Positions 10,531 to 24,367 of a stretch of DNA of 64,000 nucleotides are shown piece after piece. How positions within the stretch are numbered: the stretch's first letter is position 1; each line of letters opens with the position of its first letter. The stretch comes from Nemertoderma westbladi (Eukaryota > Animalia > Xenacoelomorpha), in NCBI GenBank assembly GCA_032718475.1, contig JAUCBJ010002315.1, positions 1 to 64,000 on the forward strand. Reading direction: 5' to 3'. The notes beneath the pieces are model-generated. The model was given only the letters and a program-made list of their open reading frames with translations. It ran no database searches and was not told where the DNA came from. Both the position numbers and the translations under genes were made by a program.

Positions 10531-13500
10531 GTGAGTTCATAAATACAGTATTGTGTGAGTCTATAAAGTAAAGTAAAGGGATTTTTTATAGCTGGGTTGC
10601 AACAAATTTAGGTCTTATTTAATTCTTATTTAATTCGGTTACTTAATAAAGGAATTAAATATAACGCAGTCCTTTTTAATTAACGGTACATTTAATACGG
10701 TTCATAACTGTGACAATGCAATTAACGGTGAGCTTATATAAGTATACTGTAGCGTACAGTATATAATATTTCAATGTATTATTTTTGGGATGAAAAAGCA
10801 TTGGTCTGAAGCTGAACATTTTACAAGAATAGGGAATATGTTACGTGTCCTGTTTGATATGGGTAAATAGGGGTCTAACTCATTATATTCTAAATGGTGA
10901 ATATATGGTGAATTTTAACATCCTCACAACCTTAACAAATTCCAAAAATTCCAGCTCGAAAATAATTGAGCAGGAAAATCACCACAAAGAAAAAAATTGG
11001 CTTCATAGTTTATGTGAATTTTGACCATCTCATGGATTTTAATCTCGGGTTTATTTGGTCTATCAGGCGCTGTTTAAAAATATCCCTAACCGCCGAATTC
11101 GACCGTCGTCTAGTTACTAAGTTACCGGTAGTTATTCCATCACACTTTAAGGCAGGGACCTTACGCTAAACAACATTGACCCAGATTCAAGTAGTCAAAT
11201 AATGGCGCACATTGGCCAGTTTATCAGCAATAAAGTAATATAGCGGCACTGTATAATTAATCATCTGTGTAGTAGGGTTTTGTATGTAGTAGGGTGTTTT
11301 CCCAACATTTTATATCACTTCTATAACACGATAGATGTGTGGGAACTGTAATTGGTATATAATTATATGTAGTTTATATGGTATAGTTCTAATCAAATCA
11401 TTGAGTACATATTACACGCTACACGGTCATCGCTATACTAAGCTATTCTATACCATTAAACAGATGGAGTTTTAGCACCGACACGCAGGTAAAGAGAGTC
11501 GGGATCCCATATGGGAACCTCCTCTGTACTCCAACCATGTTGCCTCCAATTAAATGATTTAGTTTTATAGGTCTTATTCAGGGATTACAGCGGGTGTCTT
11601 TTGATGTGAAGGAATTTAATTGCATGTCTATATGGCCGATGTCTAAGTTAAACACACACTGGTATCTGGTAAACCTAACAACTCTTTTAATTATTACCAG
11701 CTGCATAATTAGTTCAATCCCTGTCTGCGCTGAGAAACAACCAATGAACAGATTTCAGCATTTCACTTTTAGCTGGAGCTGCACTTATTTAATTAATTAA
11801 CCCCTACACATTCGCTAGTAATGTAGTTCAATCCCATAAGCTCTTTTAATCGATGATAAACCAAAATAACAAACATGTTTACCGGTATAGTTAGTTAGCT
11901 GTTCATTTTTTTTCAACTAATTTGAGACTGTGTGTGATAATATGTGTATACGGATGTATCGTGTATATATATGTGCACTCCTACAATTTGTTGTATCGTG
12001 AAAAGACGAGCACATGGGGGTGTCGGAGGTTAAATGGAACTGTAACCCGATCCGAATCTCGATTCGAGACCGGTTGAATGGGAAACCGCCGATGTGAATG
12101 TATAACTGTTATAACTGATTGGAATTCCGAGAGTGATGCAGCCACTATGGTAGTTAGACAATTTTTGACTTTTTTAGCAAGTCTATTTACTGCACATAAG
12201 TCCAGGGTTAGGGCTTTCTTCACCTCTGCCGCAAGTTCTATAAATCTATTTAATAACACAATGAAACACTCGTTCCCGCAATCCCCGCTACGCCAGTTCA
12301 GATTACTGGAACCCAACCCCCCCCCCCCCCCCCCCCCCCCCCCCACTCCCCATCAATGTTTGTATATTCAATGAATAAAATTTGTGATTAGCGCAATAGG
12401 CATCAGTTCTCGTAAAATTTAATATCATCTGTCGATTTCACTATTCTGCTTTGTGGGAAGTTACCCAGCGGCACAGACACGCTTCTTGTGCTCTCAATTA
12501 ATGAAGTGCACCAAAGGTGCTATAAATACCAGTTAAAGTCGTCGTCTTTCTTTCTTTCTTTCGTCTTGTTCGGTCTTTTGATGTGACGTTTAATGCCATA
12601 CGGATTTAAATTAATGTTGTTTAGTGAAGCGAATATAACTAAACAATACGATATTGCGGGAGCTTTATTTGCCAGTGTTTTATATAACATAAAACCTGCG
12701 TTATAACCAATTCGATAGTAGATAATTATCTCCCAGTAATAAAATAATATATCTTTAATTGCTTCTCAAGGGACTCGGGCACCCCAAAAATTAATATCAG
12801 TCTGAAAAAACAATTCAAAATAAGTATTAAGTGCCATAATTATTTAGTGAAGGGTGTTTTTTTCTATGTTAGAATAAAATATTTTTGAAGCTTTATATAC
12901 GATTTCGAAACCGTAGTACCGTCATCGGTATCGGTATTCATATCACCGGACTCCACCATTGGAACTGGATCCCGAATACCGAAGGGGATGGAGCCTGTTA
13001 CTATGGTGATAGTAAAGTAAAAAACTGAAGTCAAGAATAAGCAGCTATGTAATAGTAATTTTACAGATTTTATAACTGAGTTTGTGTGGGCCAGCCGCCC
13101 AATTCGCATATCGTTCACATCCAAAACCAAAAATTATATCATTTATCAAATCCTACACACATACAAATAATTAATTTCCATTTAATTTCCAAAAAATTAT
13201 AGGAGATTCACCATTACTCTCATAATAATAGAACATAAAATGGACACCTACAAAGGGAGACACCGCCGGGAGTACTGAGACCCACCACAGAGATACTAAA
13301 CATGTCTGCTGAAGCGAAAATCATTTAGTTACATTTCTACACATATTGGAGTTGTGAATATTTCTGTACGGAGCACAACTTTCCCACAAATATCCCGACC
13401 CGCTATGTATCAAAGAAAATGTCTACCCATGGGTGACGTAGGCACTCCCACCAGCACAAGTAAACCTCTTAAAATATTAAATTAATCGGCTGTTTTAGCC

Positions 13501-15329
13501 TGTAGTTACATGTAAAGGGCGCCGCTGTTAGAGAGAGAGGGGGGATACCTGAGTTGGGACAAATTCGGGGCCAAAACCCCGGCAAAGTTACCCCGTAGTT
13601 CAATGGGAATACACCGCCATGCGGTTACCGTATAGAGAGCGCTAAGCGTGACCAGCTCCTGGCTACAGGTACGCAAGGGGATATGTTTGGGGGGGGGGGG
13701 GGGGGGGGGGGGGGTAGGTAGCGGTGAAGTGCCTTTGAAACACCGGGTGGGCCCCTCAAAGAACACTTCGATATAGATGGCCCTCCAGAAACGGCATCTT
13801 TTGTTTGCCCACACATCGCACGAAGGGCCTTTCTTGAGCTAATAGGATTACGTACTATACCTGTAACTTTTTCCCATGTTTATTTGTGACACCTATGTGA
13901 TCTGGTTAGGGTGGGATGACAGCGTCTCGAACATCATAAATCAATATGCATTACAATTGCTAATGGGTGTTTTATAGTTATCCAATGCAAACGACGCCGT
14001 TTTACACTTATTTATTATTCTTGGCTAGCTGTAAACTATATAGTGTATGGGAATTTGATCAGGAAATTTTATTAATTAATCTACATCTACACACTATTGT
14101 AAAGTAAATAAAATAGGCCCTGTTTCATTTAACGCTCTTCGGCTGGTCTTGATATCTTTTTTTTACCGAGCGAGCAAGATCGATAAACTAGATTGAGGAG
14201 AAGAAGGTACATAAAGTAGTATATTTCACTGGTCAGCAGCTGTAAAGCCTTGCTCTAACGCATCGGTATAGTTTTGTTAAATTAAGTTAATTTAATTTAC
14301 CGCTGGCCTTATAGGCGAGCGATAAATTATCAACATATGACCATTAAAATCAAAATGGCAGTGTGCTGCTTAGCAAATTATAGGGTAGACCAAGTCATGT
14401 TCGTATCCTAAGCCAACTCTTACCCCAATAATGCAAAGCAATGTTAGCCAGTTGCTGCCTAACGTTAAATCAACGACTTTCAAGTCTCGACGTTACCGAC
14501 AAGTATTTTCAAGGAATTGGTTTGTATTTGCGGTTTACTTTGATGTGGCCGCGCTATACCCATTGTGAGATGGTGTTTAATTGACAACCATGTCGTATTT
14601 TCGTGCCGCGCTATACTTTGTTATAGTTCTATAGTCTACATCGATATTATAGGGTGGCCTATTAGTATATATGTTGCTCTTACACTTTAATTTTAAAATA
14701 CTTACAGTACTTCCACTTTTAGTGGAGTTTGATATTATAGCGATTATAAAACGAAAATACAACTGATCGATGGATTTCGCAAAGACAATCTGTAAAATAA
14801 TCTATTGTGATGAAAATAATTGTTTTGTATAAAAATATTATTATTAGGATTATATTTATAAATTTTTTGCCAAAAACCGATAAACGTTAATTAACTTAAA
14901 TGTTAATGTCCAACCGGCTGTAAATATCCACTGAGTTATTAAGATGATGACATTAGTGGAATAATGACATAATAATGACATAAGTCAAAATAATAATGAC
15001 AGCATAATGACATAAGAAGTAAAGTGTGTGTTTTTTTTGTCAAGCCACATTGTTTGCCATCGAACCAGCAGGACCAATTACAATTTTATTTTTTTTGTAA
15101 GTCCTCTTTTATTAAAGAAAACGTCCAATGTGACATTGTACAAACCGCAATATATCGCTTTGTACACTTTCTGTGTACACCACATTTTCGGTGTCACTCG
15201 GTTATATCCCGAATTGAACTAGCGTGAAATACCGTGTACTTTATTAGAATATAATTTTATACTGCGAAGTTAATATTAAATGGAGATATGGGGACAATGC
15301 GCGTGTGGCGAGTCACAATATCAGTGATC

Positions 15330-15600
15330 GTTAGCACTCCGTTAAGTAGGGGCTAAATATAAATAGGGATTGTCTGTCTGTCCGTCCGCCTTGTCCGTCT
15401 GTCCGACCGTCACGGCGTCCGTTTGCTAATATCTCAGCATCATCCCAGGCGCATTTATTTGGTATGTGTTTAGAAGACGAAAAGTTTTGAAAGCTTAGAA
15501 AATTATCGCGAACTTCACGTAGTGGAGTTCGCGCACTTCGCATTATCCTGATCAGAGTTTTTATACTTGACAATCGCCAATTTGAACCAAATTAAAACCT
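15330..15600 (+). mobile_element. DINE-1/Helentron-like fragment in Cdx intron 1
   Basis: (GTCY)n microsatellite TGTCTGTCTGTCCGTCCG followed by TAATATCTCAG...TTTGGTATG, the typical layout of DINE/HINE elements. Confidence 0.4.
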
Positions 15601-17444
15601 GTATGTAAAGATTGGCCCAAAACAAAGTGTAATATATATGAATGTAAAAAGAATATAATATTAGACCTTATACATCATTAGCTTTATAATAACAAAAGAG
15701 CACATTTTTACGAAAAGTTGTTAAGAATATAAATTCTTACAGCAAGTGGCAAATAAATATATTGTGAGGCGCGGCTCACATATTGTTTCAGTATCATGTT
15801 TGAGGGCCATCATCCTGCCTCACACGGGAGACTTTCTTGGGAAATTTTCTATAGCTACATTTTTTGAGCTAAACTGGTGTGAGGGAGGCCTGCTACATGT
15901 GCTACAGGCGGCTGTGTATCAAAGATGAGGAGGGGGGATTTAGACTTACTATGTTAAATTATCAAAATTATGCTGTGAGGCCACCCCCCCCCCCCCCCCC
16001 CCCCCCAGTCATGTAGTTTGCTCACTAAACTATACGAACCAATTCATTACTAAAAGGCTAAAAAATATCATAAAAATCTGGCATTTTGCTGAATCGATTA
16101 TCTTTCACCCCTTCAATCGCCAATTATAAGTAATTACGTCCTATAATTAGCTGTTATAAACAGGGGGGATAAAAAGTAACGAAATGCAGACGCCATTCCT
16201 AAACAAGGTCCATAAAACCTTTTAGGGACTATTTATAATTCATGTCTCAATCAAAGCAACAGCGAAGATACACAACATGAATAGATTCAAATTATAAAAC
16301 GATTCTATATGGACCTTTAGTAATGAGATACTATATAATTTAATTTGTATATTTGGGACACTGTTTTATATGGTTCGCATATTGAATGCGCAAACAACCG
16401 CCGTTTCAGGTTTCAAATACAAAGACAGAACTTAATCATAGGTTTCCGATACGAGCACCTGCACTGGCGGTTGTAATGCCGCCACCCTGTAGGACAGTAT
16501 CATGATTATTTGAGTCATCTATCAGGAAGCCAGTAGCGTGCAGCATGAATTACATCCTTTCAATATTAAACAATTCCCTCTCGGCAGCAATCATATACCA
16601 TATCAAATATTAAACAGACAATTTTGAAAAAGTTTCCCATAAATAGCTAGCGTTGCGCCACCCAAAGCTAATGATGGGTATGTGGCGTAAATTATTGATT
16701 TGTAATTAATTCATAATCAAAGCTTCGGTTGTGTATAGCTCCGGGTAGGATGTATCTATCTACAAAGGATCACTGGCGGTTTCTACGAACGTTGGCTTGG
16801 ATCCTATATATCGGTTACCTAAGCCTAAGAGTAAAGACTGTGCAACCGCCCACACCCCGCAATGCGTGCGCACGTGAGCGTAGTTTAACGCAGGCAACGC
16901 CCACCCCCCATTCAACTAATATATAACCCGTTATAATTTACACTACATTAATCTTTATAAAACGTAATCCAACTTTAGGGAGCTTTAAACTTTCGTAATG
17001 TTCTTGTTATCAAGTGGAATGTAAAATGGAATTTCACGGGTAGCGTGCAGCGGTAATTATTATATCACGATAACAAAATATACCTTTACCACTGCATTAC
17101 CATTTTACTTCAAGACTTACAATCTAGCATCATAGATTTGAAAGATCGCGGATCTACTGAATTTCGCTCTTTGTGTTGTAAAAAGTAAAGTTGTAAAAAC
17201 AATTACTACCCGCCGTATAAAGTTATACATTATGCACTCCTACCAAAGGAGTTCCATTTTCGAATAAATAATTGCAAAGTGAGATTTATTGTTTAAATTG
17301 ACTGTAGTTGACAGTGAAAAATATCTGAATTGATAGTAAAAGACACTTGGATTGGAAGCTAGCCATTCGAAAATGATCCCGCTTCAGGGAAGGTAGGCCT
17401 ATAGTTGTTATTTTGTTTAGAGAGTATACCGGTACCTTTACTAG

Positions 17445-17691
17445 TAGGTAGGTACTGGACGCAAACCCCATCGCGGCGAATTAATATATCAATGTTAAAT
17501 TAAATACCAATTTAGGGAAAGGAGCAGGATACAGTGACACGTTATTCTAACCAAAACAATAAATAAGTCAATATGACAGGTATGAATTTTATTTTTAGGA
17601 TTAAACAGCTTTCGAGTGATATATGCGTCGAATTTCCCCTGGAGGGAGATGGATTCATTTTGATTGCGTCAAAAGTCCCCCCCCCCTATCT
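17445..17691. mobile_element. Second copy (opposite orientation) of the MULE-like MITE at 6391-6650
   Basis: ACTGGACGCAAACCCCATCGCGGCGAATTAATAT...GGAGCAGGATACAGTGACACGTTATT...CCCCTGGAGGGAGATG...CCCCTATCT matches the reverse complement of 6391-6650. A fragment of the same family lies at about 18815-18880. Confidence 0.7.
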
Positions 17692-18971
17692 GTAAAATTT
17701 GGCCTACACTATTGAATTTAATTTACTTTTCATGAGTGATTGTATCACTCGTATCAATTAGTTTGGCAAGGCTGCTAAATTACATTATAATTGTATTTGC
17801 ACTGAAGGACCTTAGCTTAGCAATGTGCTTCTAAGCACTGCGGCCATAAACCTGAGGTTAATTTAGGGGCGCCTTGCACTTCGGTGAGCGGTAAGGGATG
17901 TTCCGGAACAATGGCCATAATTTAGATGCCAAATTATCAAATTGCCAGTCACTATTCTCAGACAGATATATTTCACAAATGTACAATAGATAAATTAGTA
18001 GGCTATTGGGCCCTTAGGATCAATGGCGTGTCAAAAATTAGTTGGTTCTACAAGTTGTAAAGGATTGGGGCAAATTTTGAGTGAGCTTGAAGTTAATTGT
18101 TTAAGTTTGAATTTGAGTTAGATGATTAAGGTAGGATTTGAATGGAGTTATAATTTGAGTAAGTTTGGGAGTTATGACAAATTCTGCAGCAACTATCTGA
18201 TAGTGGATATATAATATGTATTATGTGAGAAAGACTATACATTTTATGGAGACGACATACAGTTAGGCTTCCCTATACTGCAGTCTGCAGTCTTAGCGGT
18301 GCATAAATTATTGTGGAGGTAAGTAGCTGAGGGAGGACCATTTGTAATAAGAATTGTCTAAAATGAAGAAGGCTGGGTGACACCATGTGTAACTTACTGC
18401 CGTGCATTTCTATTGTGTTTCTTCAGTTATCTACCGGTTAACTCGCACTGGCCACATGGCGGATCGCATCACAGTTTTACATAATTTAATGTTCCGGTCC
18501 TTCGTACAATGTTAATCCTCAATAAAACGATTATCGTTTATCTAAGGGTATACCAATTCTACCAGATGTCCTGTAAAAACTTATCTTCGGCAATACTCAT
18601 GTTCATTACAAGTTTATAGAAATATATACAGCATTGTAGTTATGTAAATGGACTTATATGGAAATATTAACAAATATAGCTTGTTTATTACTCTTCAGCA
18701 TCACTCCTATACTTACGTAATTTGACGGTATCATATTTACTTACTGTACTAATATTGCGTCAATAAACACAGCTAATACCAATAAATTTCCCCATAAAAA
18801 TCATACTATTAGAAGGAAATAGGGGGAGCTGGTTACAGTGACACGTTATTTTATACAAAACAATAAACAAAAGTCAATTGACAGTTTAATGAATGAAGTT
18901 TAATGATACTGTGTTTGAATTTTGTTATAAAATTTACAGCACCGTAAAATTTATATCAATTGTTTTCGCAG

Positions 18972-19117
18972 GGAAAACGAGAACAAAAGACAAATACCGA
19001 GTTGTATATTCGGACAGACAGCGAGCGGAGTTGGAGAGCGAGTTTCGGTGCAACCAGTACATAACGATAAAACGGAAAACGGAGCTGGCGGGGATGGTTG
19101 GATTGTCTGAGAGACAG
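18972..19117 (+). CDS. Cdx: Cdx/caudal homeobox protein, coding exon 2 (homeodomain N-arm to the start of helix 3)
   Basis: Acceptor TTTTCGCAG|. It encodes [49 protein letters not shown], where [12 protein letters not shown] is diagnostic of Cdx. The donor CAG|GTACGG is at the conserved Q|VKIWFQN intron position. Confidence 0.95.
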
Positions 19118-19591
19118 GTACGGTACGGGAGACACGGCGGGCCTACGGGCACGGAACAGTACACGGTACACAACAGATCTGCCTTTTTATTTCTTTCACT
19201 TTCGCAAACCATAATTACAGAAATTCAATAGTGCCTATTCATAGTGATCTCTACTTTAGTATAGATCGATATGGGCGGGCCTAGTCTACTGTAAGTCTTT
19301 ATGTCAATAAACCGCAATGCAGTTGCAGTAGCAAAATATAGGGTAGATGTCCGGTATGTCAATGTTTTAGTCATAGTTCGCAGTTCGGCATCTTTGCTGA
19401 TAGTTTTAGTTTTCTAGTTAGGTTTAGCGGCATTTAATTAAAATTAAAACTATAATTAAAACTTTCATGTAAAGAACTAAAGAACCATAACTCATCAGAC
19501 ATTTTTCTCCTTGCGAACATCGTACTGTTGCTGTACGCGTACCGTACAAAAAGTATTCAAGATTACAACTTAAATTCGATTGCATTTTTAG

Positions 19592-19666
19592 GTCAAAATT
19601 TGGTTCCAAAACAGAAGAGCAAAAGAACGTAAAGTAGCGAGGAAATATACGATTGGAGGGAAGTAA
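19592..19666 (+). CDS. Cdx: Cdx/caudal homeobox protein, coding exon 3 (helix 3 and short C-terminus)
   Basis: Acceptor TTTTTAG|. It encodes VKIWFQNRRAKERKVARKYTIGGK followed by a TAA stop. Confidence 0.95.
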   Translation, partial: VKIWFQNRRAKERKVARKYTIGGK

Positions 19667-20024
19667 TGATGTTTGCGGTGGTGTTTATGAGTCTTCACTC
19701 ACGGAATAACAGACATGATTATTTGCAATTATACAACCTGCTGCAGTTTTATAAGACTCTTTGTCGAGAGAGCTTTATTTACAAATAGATTTTAGTGGTG
19801 GGTATTAACTACAAGTAATAGGCCAAATTACATAGAAGGTAAACAGCAGAAGTAGAAATAACTAAACAGCTACTTCATCTTATTGATGTATTGTTCTAAC
19901 TGACTGGCTTTTGTTATAATTTTCCTTTTTAGCCACTATATTATCTATTTTTTGTCTAATGTTTGTATTCCGTAACTTTAACATTTTATATTGTAACTAC
20001 TGTACTGTAGTCATTTGGTTTATT

Positions 20025-20030
20025 AATAAA
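20025..20030 (+). terminator. Candidate polyadenylation signal of Cdx
   Basis: The first AATAAA I found after the stop codon (about 360 nt downstream), followed by GT/T-rich sequence. Confidence 0.4.
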
Positions 20031-21128
20031 GTAGCTGCAATTTGTCAATCTTATATGGAGTGACTGCATGTCTTGTTGCTTTATGTCCATAACATATCCG
20101 GACAAAAAGAAACATAACTAAGACTTTGATAAATATTGTTTACTGGCGTTGGGCCTTTAGTTATTCATAAAAAACGGAACTTTGAAAACGCAGGAAAATA
20201 TATTAATAAAATTATTACATTATCACAACCTATTTACTACCGTGCGGCTGTTACTAGATTTCGAATATCCAACCTGTACCGCTATTATATAGTCTGCTAT
20301 AATATGTAAAATTATCATAACTTTAAAGTGTAGTATTATATTTTAATACATGTAAAATTTCCAATGTAAATCAGTTTATTGTGTGGTCTGATTAATTCTG
20401 TGAACTTTTCCTATGATAACTAGGTATGAATCATTTTCATTATTGATTTCGATTAAGTTGTTTTTAACCTGAAGATACTAAACTTACTGTAAACTGCAAG
20501 AACTTATGTAACCAATGATATTGAAATTGTTTGATAATTAATTTTCTCACTTAGTTTCTTAATAGATGTTAATATATTTACGTCTGTAATATTTCAACAT
20601 ACTTTCAGTTGATTCATAATAACATCTATTCCACGATATGACTATTTAAGAGTTACAGCACCAATCTTAAAGCATATTGTTAACTACATTAAATACAGTT
20701 AGGTTAATAAGTTACATTTATACTGTATTAGAAACCAATAAGTCATAACCCGAAAAGCAACAAACAACGCCAGCCAACACAAGCAATGATACATACAAGT
20801 AAACGGTATATGGAACTTAACTCGAGTCTGCCGAAGTAAAAAGGTAATGTTAATGGAACTCAACTCGAGTCTGCTGTTTGAATTTGTAAAATGAGTTTAC
20901 CAAAACACGTTAGGCGATGGCCGAGCTCATACTGATCGCAGTAACAAGGTGAGGGGCCCCAAGCCGTCAAACAAGGTTCACTGAAAATACTTCTCCGTTG
21001 CTATCCAAGGATACGATTAGCATTGTCAGCAAGAAGTTATTCTTCTTGTATTCTCCCGGGAGCGGGAAGGTACAGAAAGTTTACAGGATATCATGGGGGA
21101 CGTGGTTGCTGAACCTAGACTGCTGGTA

Positions 21129-21581
21129 GGGGCCGTGCACAAATGATGTCACGCTTTTTTTTTGATGAATTTCGAGCCCCCCCCCCCCCCCCCTCTGTCA
21201 CAATAAGACACCCCACATATTCACTCCCATCGGAATGAGGGAACATCTGCGAGTTTCGACATCAATCACCGGAAGTGCACCAGGTATACTATCGACTACT
21301 GTTCCACTTCCTGGGTCTAACTCTACCTCGTCCTTATCTACCCAGTCAATGTGGTGTTCTTCATCTTTATCGCCACTTAGAATTAACATTAGAATCACCT
21401 CGATTCGCGATTACTTGAATAGATTTTACTTTGGCTGTTGACGTCGGTGTATGTAATTTATTTGTTCACCAAAGTGCTATTGTGACTTCACAAGTATCAC
21501 CCCCTCCCCCACGTTTACAAATTGTCACAAAATTGCAACCCCCCCCCCCCCTCGACCGTGATATCATTTGTGCACGGCCAC
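21129..21581. mobile_element. PIF/Harbinger-like MITE
   Basis: TIRs are GGGGCCGTGCACAAATGATGTCACG and CGTGATATCATTTGTGCACGGCCAC (23/25 match), with subterminal poly-C tracts and TGTCACA motifs. The TSD is not clean. Confidence 0.7.
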
Positions 21582-21738
21582 ATATCCAAATATATTATGA
21601 AACAAACAAGATTTAAAGATGAGTGAAAGATGTCTGTTGATCCATATGGTAATTCTTCTTTGCGGCTCTCAAATCACTCAGAAAAGCAATAGGAAATAAA
21701 TATTGTGAACCTAGGTCTATTTAATGTTCTATCACAAT

Positions 21739-22851
21739 CAAGGGTGTTGTTACGTTACGTTACGGTATCTTTTCAGGAATACCGTAGCTCAATATTTTTC
21801 CGTAACGAAAACCGTAAAGTAATAGCTTTTTCAATACCGTAACGTAATATTACTGTATATTTTTTCCGTAAACCGTAACGTAATAACGTAATATTTGTTT
21901 TATCTACCAAGCAATCATTTTGAACAAAAAAGTAAATCTTTCGACAAAAACTTTCACTTCCACTTGCACGTTCTAGCTAATTCAATATAAAGTTAATTGC
22001 TTTAATAGGTTTGTTTGTCTGTGAATACGGTCTTCTTATAGCCAGCTTCCTGGCTTCTCCAGTTATTTATGATGAAGTCCCCCTATCAATATTGCCAAAA
22101 GCTAATTCTACTCGCACTTCTTCAGTATAGGCTATCAGTATAGGCTAATTAACAAGTACAACAACACAAAAACAACATAAACTACATATTCTAAACTATG
22201 ACCTAAATAATAGTTGAGGAGGACTCGACAAATTAATCTGTTTAGAGTTCCAGCAACACTTAAAATTTGACCAATCTGAAGGCGACTAAATACAGAGTTC
22301 TAGAACACAATAAATCTCGTCCTGAGTTTCAACTCCCAAAGTTTCTGAGTTAATTTCAAGATTAATACATTCATAGTTTATTATGTGGGAAATAATAATA
22401 ACGTTTTATACCGGAGTTAAGGGAGTAACTGGAATACCGTCAGTACCGGTACCGTGGGTTTTGGTTCTTCACAGGAATACAGCATAATGATCAATAAATC
22501 GGGGAATTGAAAGTTATTTTTATGGTTACGTTAATTTGCAATTTAAAAACATAGAAACTATAATTTTCCGATTTTCAGACAAAATTAGGATGAAACTTTA
22601 AATATCTATTTGTGGTCCTATGGAATCTGAACCGGTTATTACGTTACGGTATTTTCGGTAATACGCAATTATTTTTTTCGAAATACAGTAACGTAACGTA
22701 ATTTGGAAATTATTCCGTATAATGTAATATCGTAACGTCAAAAGTTCAGTTTTTCAACCGCAACGTAACGTAATGCCGTAACGTAACGTAACGTAACGTA
22801 ACGTAACGTAACGTAACGTAACGTAACGTAACGTAACGTAAAACATCCTTG
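21739..22851. mobile_element. hAT-type non-autonomous element (1.1 kb) with CGTAA subterminal repeats
   Basis: TIRs are CAAGGGTGTTGTTACGTTACGTTACG and CGTAACGTAACGTAAAACATCCTTG. The flanks ATCACAAT (21731-21738) and ATCACCACAAT (from 22852) are consistent with an 8-bp TSD plus a slippage. Confidence 0.75.
22762..22841. repeat. (CGTAA)n pentanucleotide microsatellite inside the hAT right end
   Basis: About 13 uninterrupted CGTAA units plus degenerate upstream copies. Confidence 0.95.
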
Positions 22852-23519
22852 ATCACCACAATGTAAAATATAAATAATATTCAACCAAATTGACCTTTTA
22901 AAAAGTAAATTCAAGAATTAAAAATTTGCCATATTCTAAAATATGTTATAAAATAGCCCCTCCCATTACTGGCGATAAAGATAATTAGAGAAAAAGTACA
23001 TTACACGATTGCAAACGTGTAATAACTATACACACAAACACCAAATCAAACGGACGGCAGTACAATAATTATTGTTCTTTAATCTTTGGTTATATAAACC
23101 GAAAGAATCGAACTACATTACCTTTGGTCGTGTTTGTATCCACTTATTGGAAGCTGGCAGAGCGCGTCTGATACCGCTAACTAGACTAACCTACTATTAA
23201 ATCTACAATGTTTCATATGGTCATCTTCCCGTATTTCCTCTTTGCGAAATCTAAATCGACTACATCCCCTCGTAACTAAAGTGATACTTCAAGATATTAT
23301 CATCTCGGCGTTAAGATTCTCGCTATTAAATCATATTTTTGAGAATTAGAGATATTAGAGGAATATCAAGGCTCAGTCTGGTCCAGCACACGGTACTTTT
23401 GACACACTTATGAATCCTGTTCTGCAATCGGATTCAATATACATTTTACTTCTGTTAGTGAAACTCGAGTAAAATCCAAAATGCTGACCAGTGGTATCAT
23501 CTTCTTTGAAAATATGAAA

Positions 23520-23992
23520 TGTAAACGGAATTGACAGTTTCTGATATAACGGGATCGGGATTAAACGGGATTGGGACTGGGATTGCAACTACCGGGATCC
23601 AGATCTTCGGGAATGGGATTGTAATTTTGGATTAAATGTGCTTAAAGTTTTCTGAATATGTGGCACTGTGTGTATGAAGAAGGGTTTTAGGCAACGTGAC
23701 TACCGCTACCGGTACTTTATTTTATAGCTACCGTGACTTTATTTGATATCTCTCTGAAGTATTAGTAAGATAAAGTAATATTCAATAAAATTAATTTACA
23801 ATAATTGAATACTGGCTGGTTTATGGACATGTAAATTCGTTATAATTAATAGACATTTCTGTTCTAGGGCAACTAGTTCGGATATTCAACAAATTGGCTA
23901 TTTGTACTTCGGGATCCCGTTCCAAGAAATGTCGGGATTGGGATTACATATTTCGCGCGGGATCCCGGATTTTCAGGTTCGGGATTTCGTTT
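23520..23992. mobile_element. Degenerate DNA-transposon remnant with clustered CGGGAT/GGGATT subterminal motifs
   Basis: Two clusters of CGGGAT/GGGATT (23550-23620 and 23909-23990) flank an AT-rich core. The TIRs are eroded. Confidence 0.4.
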
Positions 23993-24367
23993 AATCTGGA
24001 AAAGAAATATAACAATTGGAACTGCAGCCAATCAGCAGGGATGTTAACCCGTGTCCTGGTTTCAGCGACAATCCTTAAACTTTAATAATATATATTAATG
24101 GGTCAGGAATGACACAACGAAACCAAAAAAATAAATAATAACTGTTTCGTTTCGATTTTCGCACGTTAAACGTGAAATAGGAAACACCGAAGGTAGTCGG
24201 AGGCTGTGAATATGAAACCTGATAATATAATAGAAACTTCGTATATTGCAATGTATGTTAATGTTAAACGAGTACATTATTAATGTTCCGCGTTAAACAT
24301 ATTGTCCAAAACGTTTTAAATAAGAAACAGTCAAAGGGGAAATACGTGAAAGTCCATACAATGATAA

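Noticed and set aside
18893-19231. Single-exon 112-aa homeobox ORF as given in the ORF track
   Set aside because: Its N- and C-terminal parts are intron read-through. Canonical splice sites delimit 18972-19117, and helix 3 lies in a separate exon.
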